DNA of 63,737 nucleotides, filler included, from Sphacelaria rigidula (Eukaryota), in assembly GCA_964200075.2 (NCBI GenBank). It is 10 parts of 10 records of this genome, joined end to end, with 100 filler letters (N's around TTAATTAATTAA, not from the genome) between each part and the next. Parts side by side here need not be neighbours in the genome. Positions count along the whole stretch, not along the records: positions 38,306 to 44,588 come from CAXNAA020021024.1; positions 44,689 to 50,971 come from CAXNAA020021025.1; 8 more parts are not named here. The stretch is one strand, 5' to 3'. This document shows, one piece after another, positions 39,320 through 49,312 of the stretch. The notes below the pieces were generated by a model, which did no database searches, had not been told where the DNA came from, and saw only the letters and a list, made by a program, of their open reading frames with translations. The position numbers and the translations under genes were made by a program. How positions within the stretch are numbered: the first letter of the stretch is position 1; every line of letters starts with the position of its first letter.

Positions 39320-41623
39320 GTGGATGCAGAGGCCTGGTTGAAAGGTTTACGTATCAGAAGACGTGCAGTGGGGCCTATCAGCGCCCCAGCCCCAACGCTC
39401 ACAAAGCAAGAACAACAATGGGCACCAGCAGCGGGTTGGCACCAGAGCAGCGCAAGCACGACGCCCACGCCAGACGATGTTTTACGCACGCAGTTTGTAT
39501 CGGCGACAACAGTACCGTGGGCTATAGCCTTTCGTGATGACAAACATTTCGTGTCGGGGATGCTCGAACAACATGTTGACTTTTGGGACAAAAAATTGTT
39601 AGCAGGACACCCGGACCGTGGCGAAATTTTACCATGGACTGTACACGGGGTAAGCGTATTCGATTTCTTGCACGATCGAGCAAAAGGGAAAACAGTATAC
39701 CAGCCGTTCGCACCAGACGCTTTCCCAGGACGTGTTTTTAACAATCGGATCCCGCGAGAACATGCCGCTTTCGTAGAGGACGAGGTAAACGCTTTGGTAG
39801 GCAGGGGATGCCTAGTACCTTGGGCAACAGTTAAGGGCCCAGGAGGAAAACAAAGACCTAGACTTATACAAGCTTTGAGCGTCGAGCCCACAAAGCCGCG
39901 GCTAGTATACGATGCAAGGCCACTTAACGAGCACTGTAAGCACGTATCTTTCTCTATGGACACGGTGGGTGCGATTACGGGCATGGCATGGCAAGGATGC
40001 TCTCAGGGTTCTGTAGATGACAAAAGCGGGTTTCATCACATCATGCTGCATCCAGACTCGTGTCCGTTGTTTGGTGTCGAATTCCAGGGAGTGGACTACG
40101 TATGGGCGGTAATTCCATTTGGTTGGAATGAGAGCACGTACGTCTACCACAAAGTTTCGGGAGTCAGATCGTATTTCTTGAGGGCGCGTGGCATACCCGC
40201 AACTACATACATTGACGACGCGTGGTTGACAGGCCCGTTGAACACAAAAGGGCAGGTAGAGCAGTTGCAGTGGAGAGCAGCGGCAGCAGTGATAGCTCTG
40301 GCGGTGTCTGTTTCCTTCTTGGCAGGGTTTTACTTGAGCATCAAAAAGTGCGATCTTGTCTCGCGGAGAGTGCAGCGATACTCAAGTATTTTATGTGACA
40401 GTGAACGAGCGGCGTACCGTGTTCCGCAGGACAAGCTGGACAAACTTGGCACCTTGATTAGGAGGGTGATGGAGCATAGGCCAGTCGGTGCGACTACGCT
40501 GCAAAAGATCGCGGGAAAGTGCATGAGTATGAAGGTAGCGGTGCGGCCGGCGTCCCTGTGGACGCACTTTATTTTCAAGGGTGTACAAGCGCTCGAAAAA
40601 AAAGTTAAAGGGAAATGGTTGACGGAGATCCCAGTGCAGAAAGGTAGCGGCCTCTGGGATGAGTTAGAGCTATGGTTAGGCGTTACGCAGCATTCGCAGC
40701 AGGGTCCGTAGTATTCCTCCAAGCACTATGCCCTGGCCGTCACGAGAGGCGCAACAGATGCTTCGTCAGCAGCATGGTGGGGTGTGATGCGGGTGGACGG
40801 TCAGCTTTTCCAAGCCGGTGCAGAATTTTCCTCAGTATGGATACAGCAGCACATCAACGCCAAGGAGGCACTCGCACTAAATAAGGTCTTGCGGGAATTT
40901 TGCAGGGGAGCGCCGGGGCGACTTAGAGGAGCGCAGGTTTTCGTGGATGTTGACAATACGTCAGTGGTGGATGCGTTTGCACGAGGCAGATCGAGAAACC
41001 CCAATACACATGCACTGTTGCTTGATCTATATAACCTGCAGAGGAGAGAGGGTTTTTGATTAAGGTTGCAATGGGTACCATCCGCGCAAAACAGCGAAGC
41101 AGATGCTATTACCAGACCAGGTAGGGTGGAGTTTGTGAGGTTGCGCCATGAGATTTTCGCGGGTTTGTGGATGTTCTTCGGGGCATTTGACGCAGACCTC
41201 ATGGCGACAAACGTCTCAGTGCAACGGGTGCCACGAGGGCAACCAAGAGAGGGCAGTGGATTGCCGTTTTGCGCGCGATACGCATGTCCGGGAACGGCGG
41301 CAATAGATGTGCTGGTGCAAGATGTTGCATTAATTCCGGGCTTGAGCGAGAAGGGTTTTAATTTCTGTTTCCCGCTCGTGTGTACGGTGGGGGTGGTGTT
41401 GCAACGAATGGAGGAATGCAGGGCAAAAGCAGTGGTCGTGGTACCAGCGACAAAAGGGGCTTGGTATCCTAGGTTAAGGAGTGCGCGTGTCAAGGAGAAC
41501 TTGATAGCAAAGGAAGGAGAGCGGCATGCTTTCTTCTCGGAGCACCATGCAAAGGGTGTAAGGCCGTTTGTATTTGAGAAATGGGACATGGTAGCGGTGG
41601 AGCTTAATTTTGGACTGGCATAG
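39320..41623 (+). pseudogene. pol: DIRS-type pol: reverse transcriptase, RNase H and N6-adenine methyltransferase-like domain; one frame with two premature stops (40709, 41057)
   Basis: RT: PRLVYDARPLN, DDKSGFHHI, IPFGWNES, YIDD. RNase H: TDASSAAWWG, HINAKEALA, DVDNT, NSEADAITR. MT-like: FDADLMAT, FCARY, AIDVL, NFCFPL, AVVVVP...WYPRL. Confidence 0.93.
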
Positions 41624-41674
41624 TCAGCCCGTTATGCCTTTGTCACTTCATGGTCCTCCGTGCTGCTGTGCTAG

Positions 41675-43154
41675 GTGATGGAGGGCACAGATACCTGGGT
41701 GGCGACATTTACGCCGATAGGAGAGAGCGGAGGAGGAATAACGGCAGGAACAGCCTCGCTAAGGGTGCCCCAAGGCGCTACCAGAATTGCAAATCGGGTG
41801 CCTAGAGTGCTGTGCGGAGCATGCCTAGGGCATAATGATGGAAATTACAGGTTTTGTCAGAGCTGTTGTGTGCCCGCCAAATTAACGCGGCCGGCACCGC
41901 GACCGCAAGGGGAGGCCCAATTGCATATCAACGACAGTTTGCTTAATGACAGGCCGGCGGTGTTTGCCGCAGCAAGAGCGGCTAAAGTGGGGCATAGGCG
42001 TAAGAGTGTCGTAGCAGATGATGTCGACCGTTTCATACGACAGCGTTCGGGCGGCGCCGTAGGATGGGAAAATGCCACGCCAGAGCAAGTCGTAGATTAT
42101 CTGGCATACAAGGACTCGCAGGGCACGGGTACAAAGGTAGTGCACGTTCTGCATTGCCCACAGATAGGCACAGACAGCTTGGTACAATGCAAAGAGCTAG
42201 GTCTCGGGTGCGCGCAGCGGTATGCACATACTTCGCTAAATAAGCAGTACATATCGAAACTGCGCTGTGCGTATACGGAGATCCTCGCTAACAGCGACGA
42301 CTGGTCCGTCACAGAACACAGAGGTAATCCGGTCAAGAGTGTGCCAGTGACGAAATACTTAGCATTCTCGGCCGCAGAGCAGCAGAAGGCGGGTGTGGCG
42401 ACAAAGCAAGCCAGGCCGCTGCTGCGGCCGGACCTAGCCGCGATTGTCGCAGCTATCAGAATACAGTTAGCAGGAACTGAAAACCCCGCGGAGTCCATTG
42501 CTTTAGTTAGGGATATAACATGGCGTTGTTCACGGTGGCTTTACGTACGGCGGGTAGAGGAGGAGATTTGACGCATATGATGGCAGGAAGTGTTTTACGG
42601 CTGCCCGAGGATCAGGGTATCGTCTTGAACTTTCGTTTCACCAAAACGCTGAGGGAGGGTTCGCGGCATGTATGCCACGTAGCCCCAGACAGGGATATGC
42701 CTGACACGTGTGCAGTAGCGGCGCTACAAGTATAATATGCGCAGGCCATGAAATCATGCGGCTGGCAGGGAAGCCAAGGTTTCCTTTTCCCCGAGATACG
42801 GAGGACAGGTGATATTAAGTTGGCAAAGTGTGATACCACGATGACCCCGCGGGCGACGGCGCGACTGCAGAAGCATGCCCAGCGAGCAGGTTTGGGGGAT
42901 AAAAACATTCGATGCATTCATTCCGGGTGGGGGCGGCGGTAGCGCGCACCATTGCGGGCCAGGATGTGGCGACAGTTATGGCGCAGATTGGATGGAAGTC
43001 GAGCCGGGTTGCGAGTCGGTATATTGGGCAAACAACGCGACCGGAGCGACACGGGGGTATGGCGCAGGAGGTCGCCGAAGCGGATTACGCGGATACCAAT
43101 ACTTTTGTAGCAAGCCTCGACCCGGCGGAATTCGGTTCCTTTAACGTACCATGA
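41675..43154 (+). pseudogene. Tyrosine recombinase with N-terminal zinc ribbon and ALOG-type domain; frameshifts near 42519 and 42905, stop at 42733
   Basis: CGAC...FCQSC; VVDYLAYKDSQGTGTKVVH...C...C...CAQRYAHTSL...ISKLRCAY...GNPVKS.PVTKYL...EQQKAG; catalytic TAGRGGDL, HSFRVGAA, IGWKS...RY. Confidence 0.9.
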
Positions 43155-43389
43155 GGAGGCTGAGGGAGGGTCCACTGACAAGGGACCCGCAAGGATGCAT
43201 AGAGCAGTTTGCAATGTGGGGATGCGGGATACAGCTGGCTAAATTAAGGTCGGTTGCACTTGCAAAAAAATAAAAAATAAAAAATAAAAAATAAAGAAAG
43301 AGAAGGAGCACAGACAAGAAGACGTACAAGCCAAGAAGTGTGGGTGAGCCGCCGGGCGCCGGTAAAGAAGTCTGGGTGAGGTCGCCGGC

Positions 43390-43842
43390 GGGGCTGGAGA
43401 CCTCATTCCATCCCAATACTAACAGGACGAAGAGTGCAAGAGAGAATATACTGCAGTATTTTCACATTCCATTATGTATGGCCGGATTTTGGGGTTTCGA
43501 CACAAAAAGGCGGGGTTAAGGGAAGGGGAAGAATACAAAGAACGTCCCGAGAACAACAGGCACAACCCCGTATCAAGCGCATATAATCAGTCTGAAATAA
43601 GTAGCAAGAAAAATACAGCCCTAAAAGGGTGCAAGAAAGGATAGGATTTTGGCCATCCCGCCCACCCAGCAGACAGCGGAGCAGAGAGCGAGGGTTGAGC
43701 CTTGTCTCGCCAGGGAGCTTGGCGCTCCCTCGCGAGCGCAAGGGGTCCTCTCAACCTGGTGAGGGCACCAGCCTGGGGCTGGAGACCTCATTCCATCCCA
43801 ATACTAACAGGACGAAGAGTGCAAGAGAGAATATACTGCAGT
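43390..43842 (+). repeat. Split direct repeats: perfect 68-bp repeat at 43390-43457 and 43775-43842 flanking 317 bp
   Basis: GGGGCTGGAGACCTCATTCCATCCCAATACTAACAGGACGAAGAGTGCAAGAGAGAATATACTGCAGT occurs twice. Confidence 0.9.
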
Positions 43843-43845
43843 TTA

Positions 43846-44328
43846 GGCCGGATGTTATGGCGAACAGATTTTTGGCCCACGGGTTGTTCACCTAAGGGAC
43901 ATTTGACGCCCTTTGTGATCCCCAGACAGGGAAAATCGCCAACACACGTCTTGGACACTTTTCATCACCCCACAGAGAGGAGCCCAGCCCATTTTTCAGA
44001 TTCGCTTGGCTCCGAGGTTTCAAGATTGGCCGCTGAACAAACATTCGTGTGCGAAAATCCGTGCTTGCCGACCTCCGCCAGTTCGCCTAATATTCTGTGG
44101 AGATCGCCGTAGATTTTGTTGCTCACGGATTTTTGTTCAGCGGCCGCTCTCGAAATCCTGGAGCCAAGCGAATCCAAACAGTGGGCTAGGCTTCTCTCTG
44201 CAGGGTGATGCAAAGTGTCCAAGACGTGTGTTGGCGATGTTCCCTGTTTGGGGGTAAAAAAAGTGGCTCAAACGCCATAAAAGTGAACAATCCGTTGGCC
44301 GAAAGTCTGAGTGCGATAACATCCGGCC
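43846..44328. mobile_element. PIF/Harbinger (Tourist-like) foldback MITE, family B, 483 bp
   Basis: TIRs GGCCGGATGTTAT / ATAACATCCGGCC; TTA on both flanks (43843-43845, 44329-44331); halves are self-complementary over most of their length. Confidence 0.88.
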
Positions 44329-44588
44329 TTATGGACGACTTTCGCAGGACGGGATAGTCTGACATGTTGAATCCGTGGTCGTCGTTTACCGTGTTTTGGG
44401 GGATATCGGTCGCTACTGTTGGTCGATTGTTGTCTTACTTCTTCCGTTTCTCTTATATATCCATTACATTGCGGATATTGCTGCTTCGTTGTTGCCCACG
44501 AAGGAGGGGGAATGAATAGTTTATGCCTTTTCAGTTGCTGTTTCTGGAGAGTCATCCTAAGATAGGGGGGGGGGGGTATTCGGTTGCA

Positions 44589-44688
44589 NNNNNNNNNNNN
44601 NNNNNNNNNNNNNNNNNNNNNNNNNNNNNNNNTTAATTAATTAANNNNNNNNNNNNNNNNNNNNNNNNNNNNNNNNNNNNNNNNNNNN
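44589..44688. other. Artificial contig linker
   Basis: 44 N + TTAATTAATTAA + 44 N. Confidence 0.98.
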
Positions 44689-45576
44689 CTGGTCTCGAAA
44701 GGGATGCGTGGTCAATTGTCAAACGACTAAGGCACGCAACAAATGAGGACGCCCCTCCCCCCCCCCCCCTTTTACGACTGTGGATGTAATCGCGGGCAGG
44801 AGTCCAGCTCTGAGTACTCGCAGTCGGGGTATCACGCTGCCTCCCTCTTGTGAGGCTCTTTTTACGTTTGTTGACGAGGGGAAACTTTAGTAGACCTGAA
44901 CTTTTGCGCTGGCTGGCGATGAGAGTATGTATACGTTGCACCGTTTTTTCACTTGTCTCTCGCGTGTGTTGGGGCATCGATCAACCCGACATTATGCGCA
45001 GACGACTCGTGTGTGACTTCGCGAAAGTCCGCTTTACGACGCTCCCACCAGCTTGAGAGTTCACGGGATCCTTGACACACTGTCGCGGGGATTTTTCCGT
45101 TTCATGTGGTGATATCCCTGCACTGTGTGGATGTGTGATTTATCATAGTCTCCCTTTGTATAATAACGCGAAATTACATCTATACGAGTCCCTCTTTGAG
45201 GGATATGCGTGCGTCTCGCCCTTCTCGGTCAGTCCATGTGTAATTCTACCTCCTTCACTTTCTGTTTGGGCGGGGTTACTTTTTTCGGCACTTCTTCAAC
45301 AAGTCGTCCGCGTCCCTTCGTCGTGCGTATCTTTTCCCGTTGATGTATTCTCCCGATGTTCTCGTCATGATCTGCGCGTGGTTTTCGGATCTTCTGGCCC
45401 TGACCTTTGGAAGTCCGTAACGCCTATCCGCACGAAAACGTGGAATCCGGATATCAGCTTGGTTCGAGGGAAAATGATCTTGGGGCCCGACGTGACTCAG
45501 GGTAGGCCCGAAGCGATTTTCGAAGGTAAGCGCTTTTCTACTGTGAGTTTGCTTTTTTTTTTGTAAATGGCGAAGC

Positions 45577-45787
45577 AGAGGTATCTCAAACTCGGCTCCC
45601 GGTATCCTGGTTTGTTTTGTTGTATTTTTTCAAGTGAAAGCGATGCCGATTCATCAGATGATGAGACCGTTTGACTGCCAGGTCAGGTCCTCTCATGAAT
45701 CGCGATCACTTTCACTTGAAAAAACAGTACACAACTCAGAGCCAGCGAATAAACCAGGATAGCGGGAGCCGAGTTTGAGATACCTCT
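45577..45787. mobile_element. Hairpin MITE (about 210 bp)
   Basis: Perfect 24-bp TIR AGAGGTATCTCAAACTCGGCTCCC / GGGAGCCGAGTTTGAGATACCTCT plus inner inverted blocks. Confidence 0.8.
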
Positions 45788-46693
45788 AGCAAGAACAAAT
45801 GGTGTGAATCTTGTCCCCGCATCAAGTGTGGGTTTCGTTTTTTTTTATTACCTGGAAAATATATCCGGGTGTCCTGGTACAATATTTTTTTCGTGTTCTT
45901 GCCACGCGTGCTTCCTGAGAGGTGGGAGTATGTCAAAAACCGTGGTTAATCCTGTGTACCACTTGCAGATTGTAGCACACCCTACGAGCTGGGCCAGCTT
46001 GAATGCGGCTAAAAGTTGCTCACACCACAGCTTCCCCAGTTTCCCGAATGAACCCTATGTTAGCATATCACTGTGAACTGCAGACCCACGTGATGACAAA
46101 GGACTGCGTCGCTGTTCGATTGGCGTCGTGTCGCCAATGACATTATTGTACAGCATAGAGTACGGGGTGCGCCTCATATCGCTGGGCGATAGCGTGTCGG
46201 GGTGCTTTTTTTTGTTTTTCGTGCGGTGGGTTCACGTCAGCAATCACCCCGCACTGGGTATATGTGGGGTGCAGCAGCATCACACAAAACGTTGCACGCA
46301 CGGCCCAATTCGATGGCTCTTGGGATGAAATTCCACGAACATCTTGTGCACCCAAGTGAATGATACGTCCCGTGAGCAGCTGGAGGTTCTCATTTTTTCC
46401 CTGTACTTGTGACATGATCTTGTTCTTGCTGAAGTTTTCAAACCCCCATATATATATACATTTTTCTTTTTCTTTTGCTAGTCACGTGATACTCTGCATG
46501 TCGATCATAACAAGCTGCTGTCAAAATTTCAGCGTCCAACTCCTATTATCGCGCTGTGCGTCGCCTGAGCGAGAAAACCACCTATTGTTGGCTGGCCCAG
46601 TCGTACTCATGATCTAAATATGTTCATCGTTATACTCCATGTCTCTCCTCGCCGCCATCCCACTCCGGAAAAAACAGGCCTATTTTTCCACAG

Positions 46694-47972
46694 ATACGGC
46701 CGACTTTCCGCGGTAGCGGGCCTCGTTTCGAACGAAGAGGTCAAAGTCATATGGGATCCTCCCACCCCCAAATCAACCACAGCCACGAACGCTGATCCCA
46801 CCGAGGCCGAGAGCAACAGCGACGGCAGACATGCAAACCAAGCCGCCGCAGCAAACGCAGCCGCGGACGTTGGGGGGTCAGCAGCAGCGGCAGCAACCCC
46901 AGAAGGCACTGCTACCTGGGCAAAAACCCCGCCACCCGATGCCGCTACCATAGCCGGTTCTGTCGGCGACAACGAATCTTCTGATGAAAAGCCGGGGGCT
47001 GATGATGCTGGGCGACGGCGGCGAGCACTGCAAGCTAATTCAGGGGCGGGGATTGCGCAAACGAATGCTGTTGATGGTGGTGGCGGTGGTGGCTCGTGGG
47101 GGTGGGGAGAGCGGGAAGAGGGCCGGCCGCCGGTGGTGTCGGAGGAAGGTGATGCGGCGGCGAGCACGGGGATGGGGGGAAAGGGTGCGAATGCGGATGC
47201 CCGGACGGCTGCGATTATGATGTCTAGCTCGGCGGTCAGGGATCTAGTGGAGGGAAGCATGGCGGGGTCTTCGGGGGTGTGGTGGGACTTTGAGGGCAGC
47301 GGGGAGGATGAGGAGGCGGAGGAGGAGGAAACTGGCGTGGAAGGTGGGGAAGCGAGGATGGTGTGGCTGACGGACGATTACGTGGAGGACGCCTATGGTG
47401 ACCTTGAGGGTGGTCGCGGCTTGATTTCCCGGAGCGTTGAGGATATGTTTTTTGGTGGACTGTCGTTGCGAGGTAGTGGCGGTGATGGCGGTGTGTCGGG
47501 TTCGTGGGATGAGGAAGGTTTAGCGAGCGAGCGTTCGGTTGCTGCCGAGGAAGAAGGCACCGGTGATTCTGCTCCTGCTTTCGATGGTATGGATGTTACT
47601 TCTTTAGCCGAAGCGCTGTCGTCTTGGGGTGGGGGCGGGGAAGGAGGCGGGGAGGGGAGGGTTTTAAAACCCGAGGACCTGATGAGCGAAGGAAAGGTCG
47701 CACCCAACAGTGATTCCGGCGGCAGCGGCGACGAAGCACTTGCGGGTCAAAACGAGGTTGCTTCTGTTGCCTCCGCCTCGGAGGTCGGGGGGGGCGGGCG
47801 CGAGGACGGGGGTTCTGTTCTCGACGAGTTCCCCGCTATGGTGGTGCCCGCTGCCGCCGTGAAAAAACCGGATCAGGAGCTGGGGTACATGGAGTGGGAT
47901 CGGGCGCAAATTCATACATCCGCCGGAGCAAATCGTTACAAAGCCGGCTGCATGTTCTTGCTTAACCTTCAG
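46694..47972 (+). CDS. Large internal exon of a probable host gene; acidic Gly/Ala-rich disordered region with a conserved-looking end
   Basis: Open for 1.28 kb, GC-rich; acceptor TTTTTCCACAG and donor CAG|GTGTGT (phase 0); ends LGYMEWDRAQIHTSAGANRYKAGCMFLLNLQ. Confidence 0.75.
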
Positions 47973-48279
47973 GTGTGTGCGTACGTGCGCGTGTGTGTTT
48001 GTGTATTTCTTTAGGGGGTAAAAATGTGCAAGGATAGGTCGGGTGGGGTATGTACTTTTGAATAATCGGGTAAAATACCCGGGTATTTACTCTCACCCAA
48101 GGTTTGGGTAGATTGGTTACGACCTCAAATACTCGACCAACATTTTGTATAGATTACGTATGATCTCAATAGTCAACCCAAATATTGAGTAAGGACACTC
48201 GGCAATACTTCACTATAGAGTATTACCTGGGTATGACATGAATACTCTACCCAAAGTTGGGTAATTTGCACAGGCACCG

Positions 48280-49010
48280 TAGGCAAGGTAGGTACCCGGT
48301 ACCGGTATTTGGTACATCTTATACCCTACCGTACAGGTCCAATCGGGTATTTTCAAATGTCATACCTACGATACCCACGATACCACGGTATTTCGATATG
48401 TCGATACCTACCGTACTCGCCCGATCAGGTATATTCAAATGTCATGCCTACGATACCCACGATACCACGGTATTTCGAGATTTCGATACCTACCCTACCC
48501 GCCCAATCGGGTATTTTCAAATGTCGTACCTACGACACCACGGTATTTCGAGACTTCAATACCCACCGTCCGTACCCGCTCAATCAGGTATTTTCGAATG
48601 TCGTACCTACGATACCTACGATACCACGGTATCTCGAGACTTCAACACCTACCGTACCCGCCCAATCGGGTATTTTCAAATGTCGTTCCTACGATAAAAT
48701 ATATCACGGTACTTCGAGACTTCAACACCTACTGTACCCGCTTAATCAGGTATTTTCAATGTCATACCTACGATACCTACGATACCTACGATTCCACGGT
48801 ATCTCGAGATTTCAACACCTACCGTACCCGCTCAATCAGGTATATTCAAATATCGTACCTTCGATACCTACGAAACCTACGATACCACAGTAGTTCGAGA
48901 TTTCAATGCCTACCGTGCCCACTCAATCGGCTATTTTCAAAACTCATACCCACGATACCCACGCATACCACGATCTGGGATACCCTGGTAAATACCGAGG
49001 ATATATTCGG
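48280..49010 (+). repeat. Element made of ~70-90 bp tandem units (intronic); second array at 49947-50250
   Basis: Unit CTACGATACCACGGTATTTCGAGA(C/T)TTCAACACCTACCGTACCCGCTCAATC(A/G)GGTATTTTCAAATGTC repeated about 8 times; both arrays share start and end motifs. Confidence 0.85.
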
Positions 49011-49045
49011 TGAATACCGGACGCGATGCACTCCCCACGGTGCAG

Positions 49046-49089
49046 CGGCTGGTCCCAACTTACGCAACGGCCACAAATTGTTGGAGCAG
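49046..49089 (+). CDS. Probable next small exon of the same gene (RLVPTYATATNCWS)
   Basis: Acceptor CTCCCCACGGTGCAG, donor AG|GTATGT, phase compatible with the exon ending at 47972. Confidence 0.55.
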
Positions 49090-49312
49090 GTATGTATTGT
49101 TTTCACAAGTAATACAGTATATACCCAGATTTCCTCTTTTTTCGTGTTTGGATCAATTCGAATGAACTTCTTATTATGTAGTGTGGAGTGCGGTCGATGT
49201 TTTTCTTCGAACTGAGAGGTCCACCGTATTTCTGTTCTTACAATGCTTGAACTCGAATTTATAATTAGTAATTATTGGCTCGCGGAGAAAAACTACAAAA
49301 CAGTAAAGCCAA

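Larger units (their letters stand above)
38306..43842 (+). mobile_element. Tyrosine-recombinase retrotransposon (order DIRS, PAT-like organisation, ALOG-YR type), 5'-truncated by the gap
   Basis: gag CCHC, RT, RNase H, MTase-like domain, YR and split direct repeats in order on one strand. Confidence 0.92.

Noticed and set aside
39274..41589. Long minus-strand ORFs of 236 and 262 aa
   Set aside because: Antisense shadows of the DIRS pol frame, with no motifs of their own
35025..43842. A chimeric copia + DIRS element carrying both DDE integrase and tyrosine recombinase
   Set aside because: The two parts are on different contigs joined by the artificial linker at 38206-38305
48257..49215. Long ORFs in all three plus frames
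   Set aside because: By-product of a stop-poor tandem repeat inside an intron
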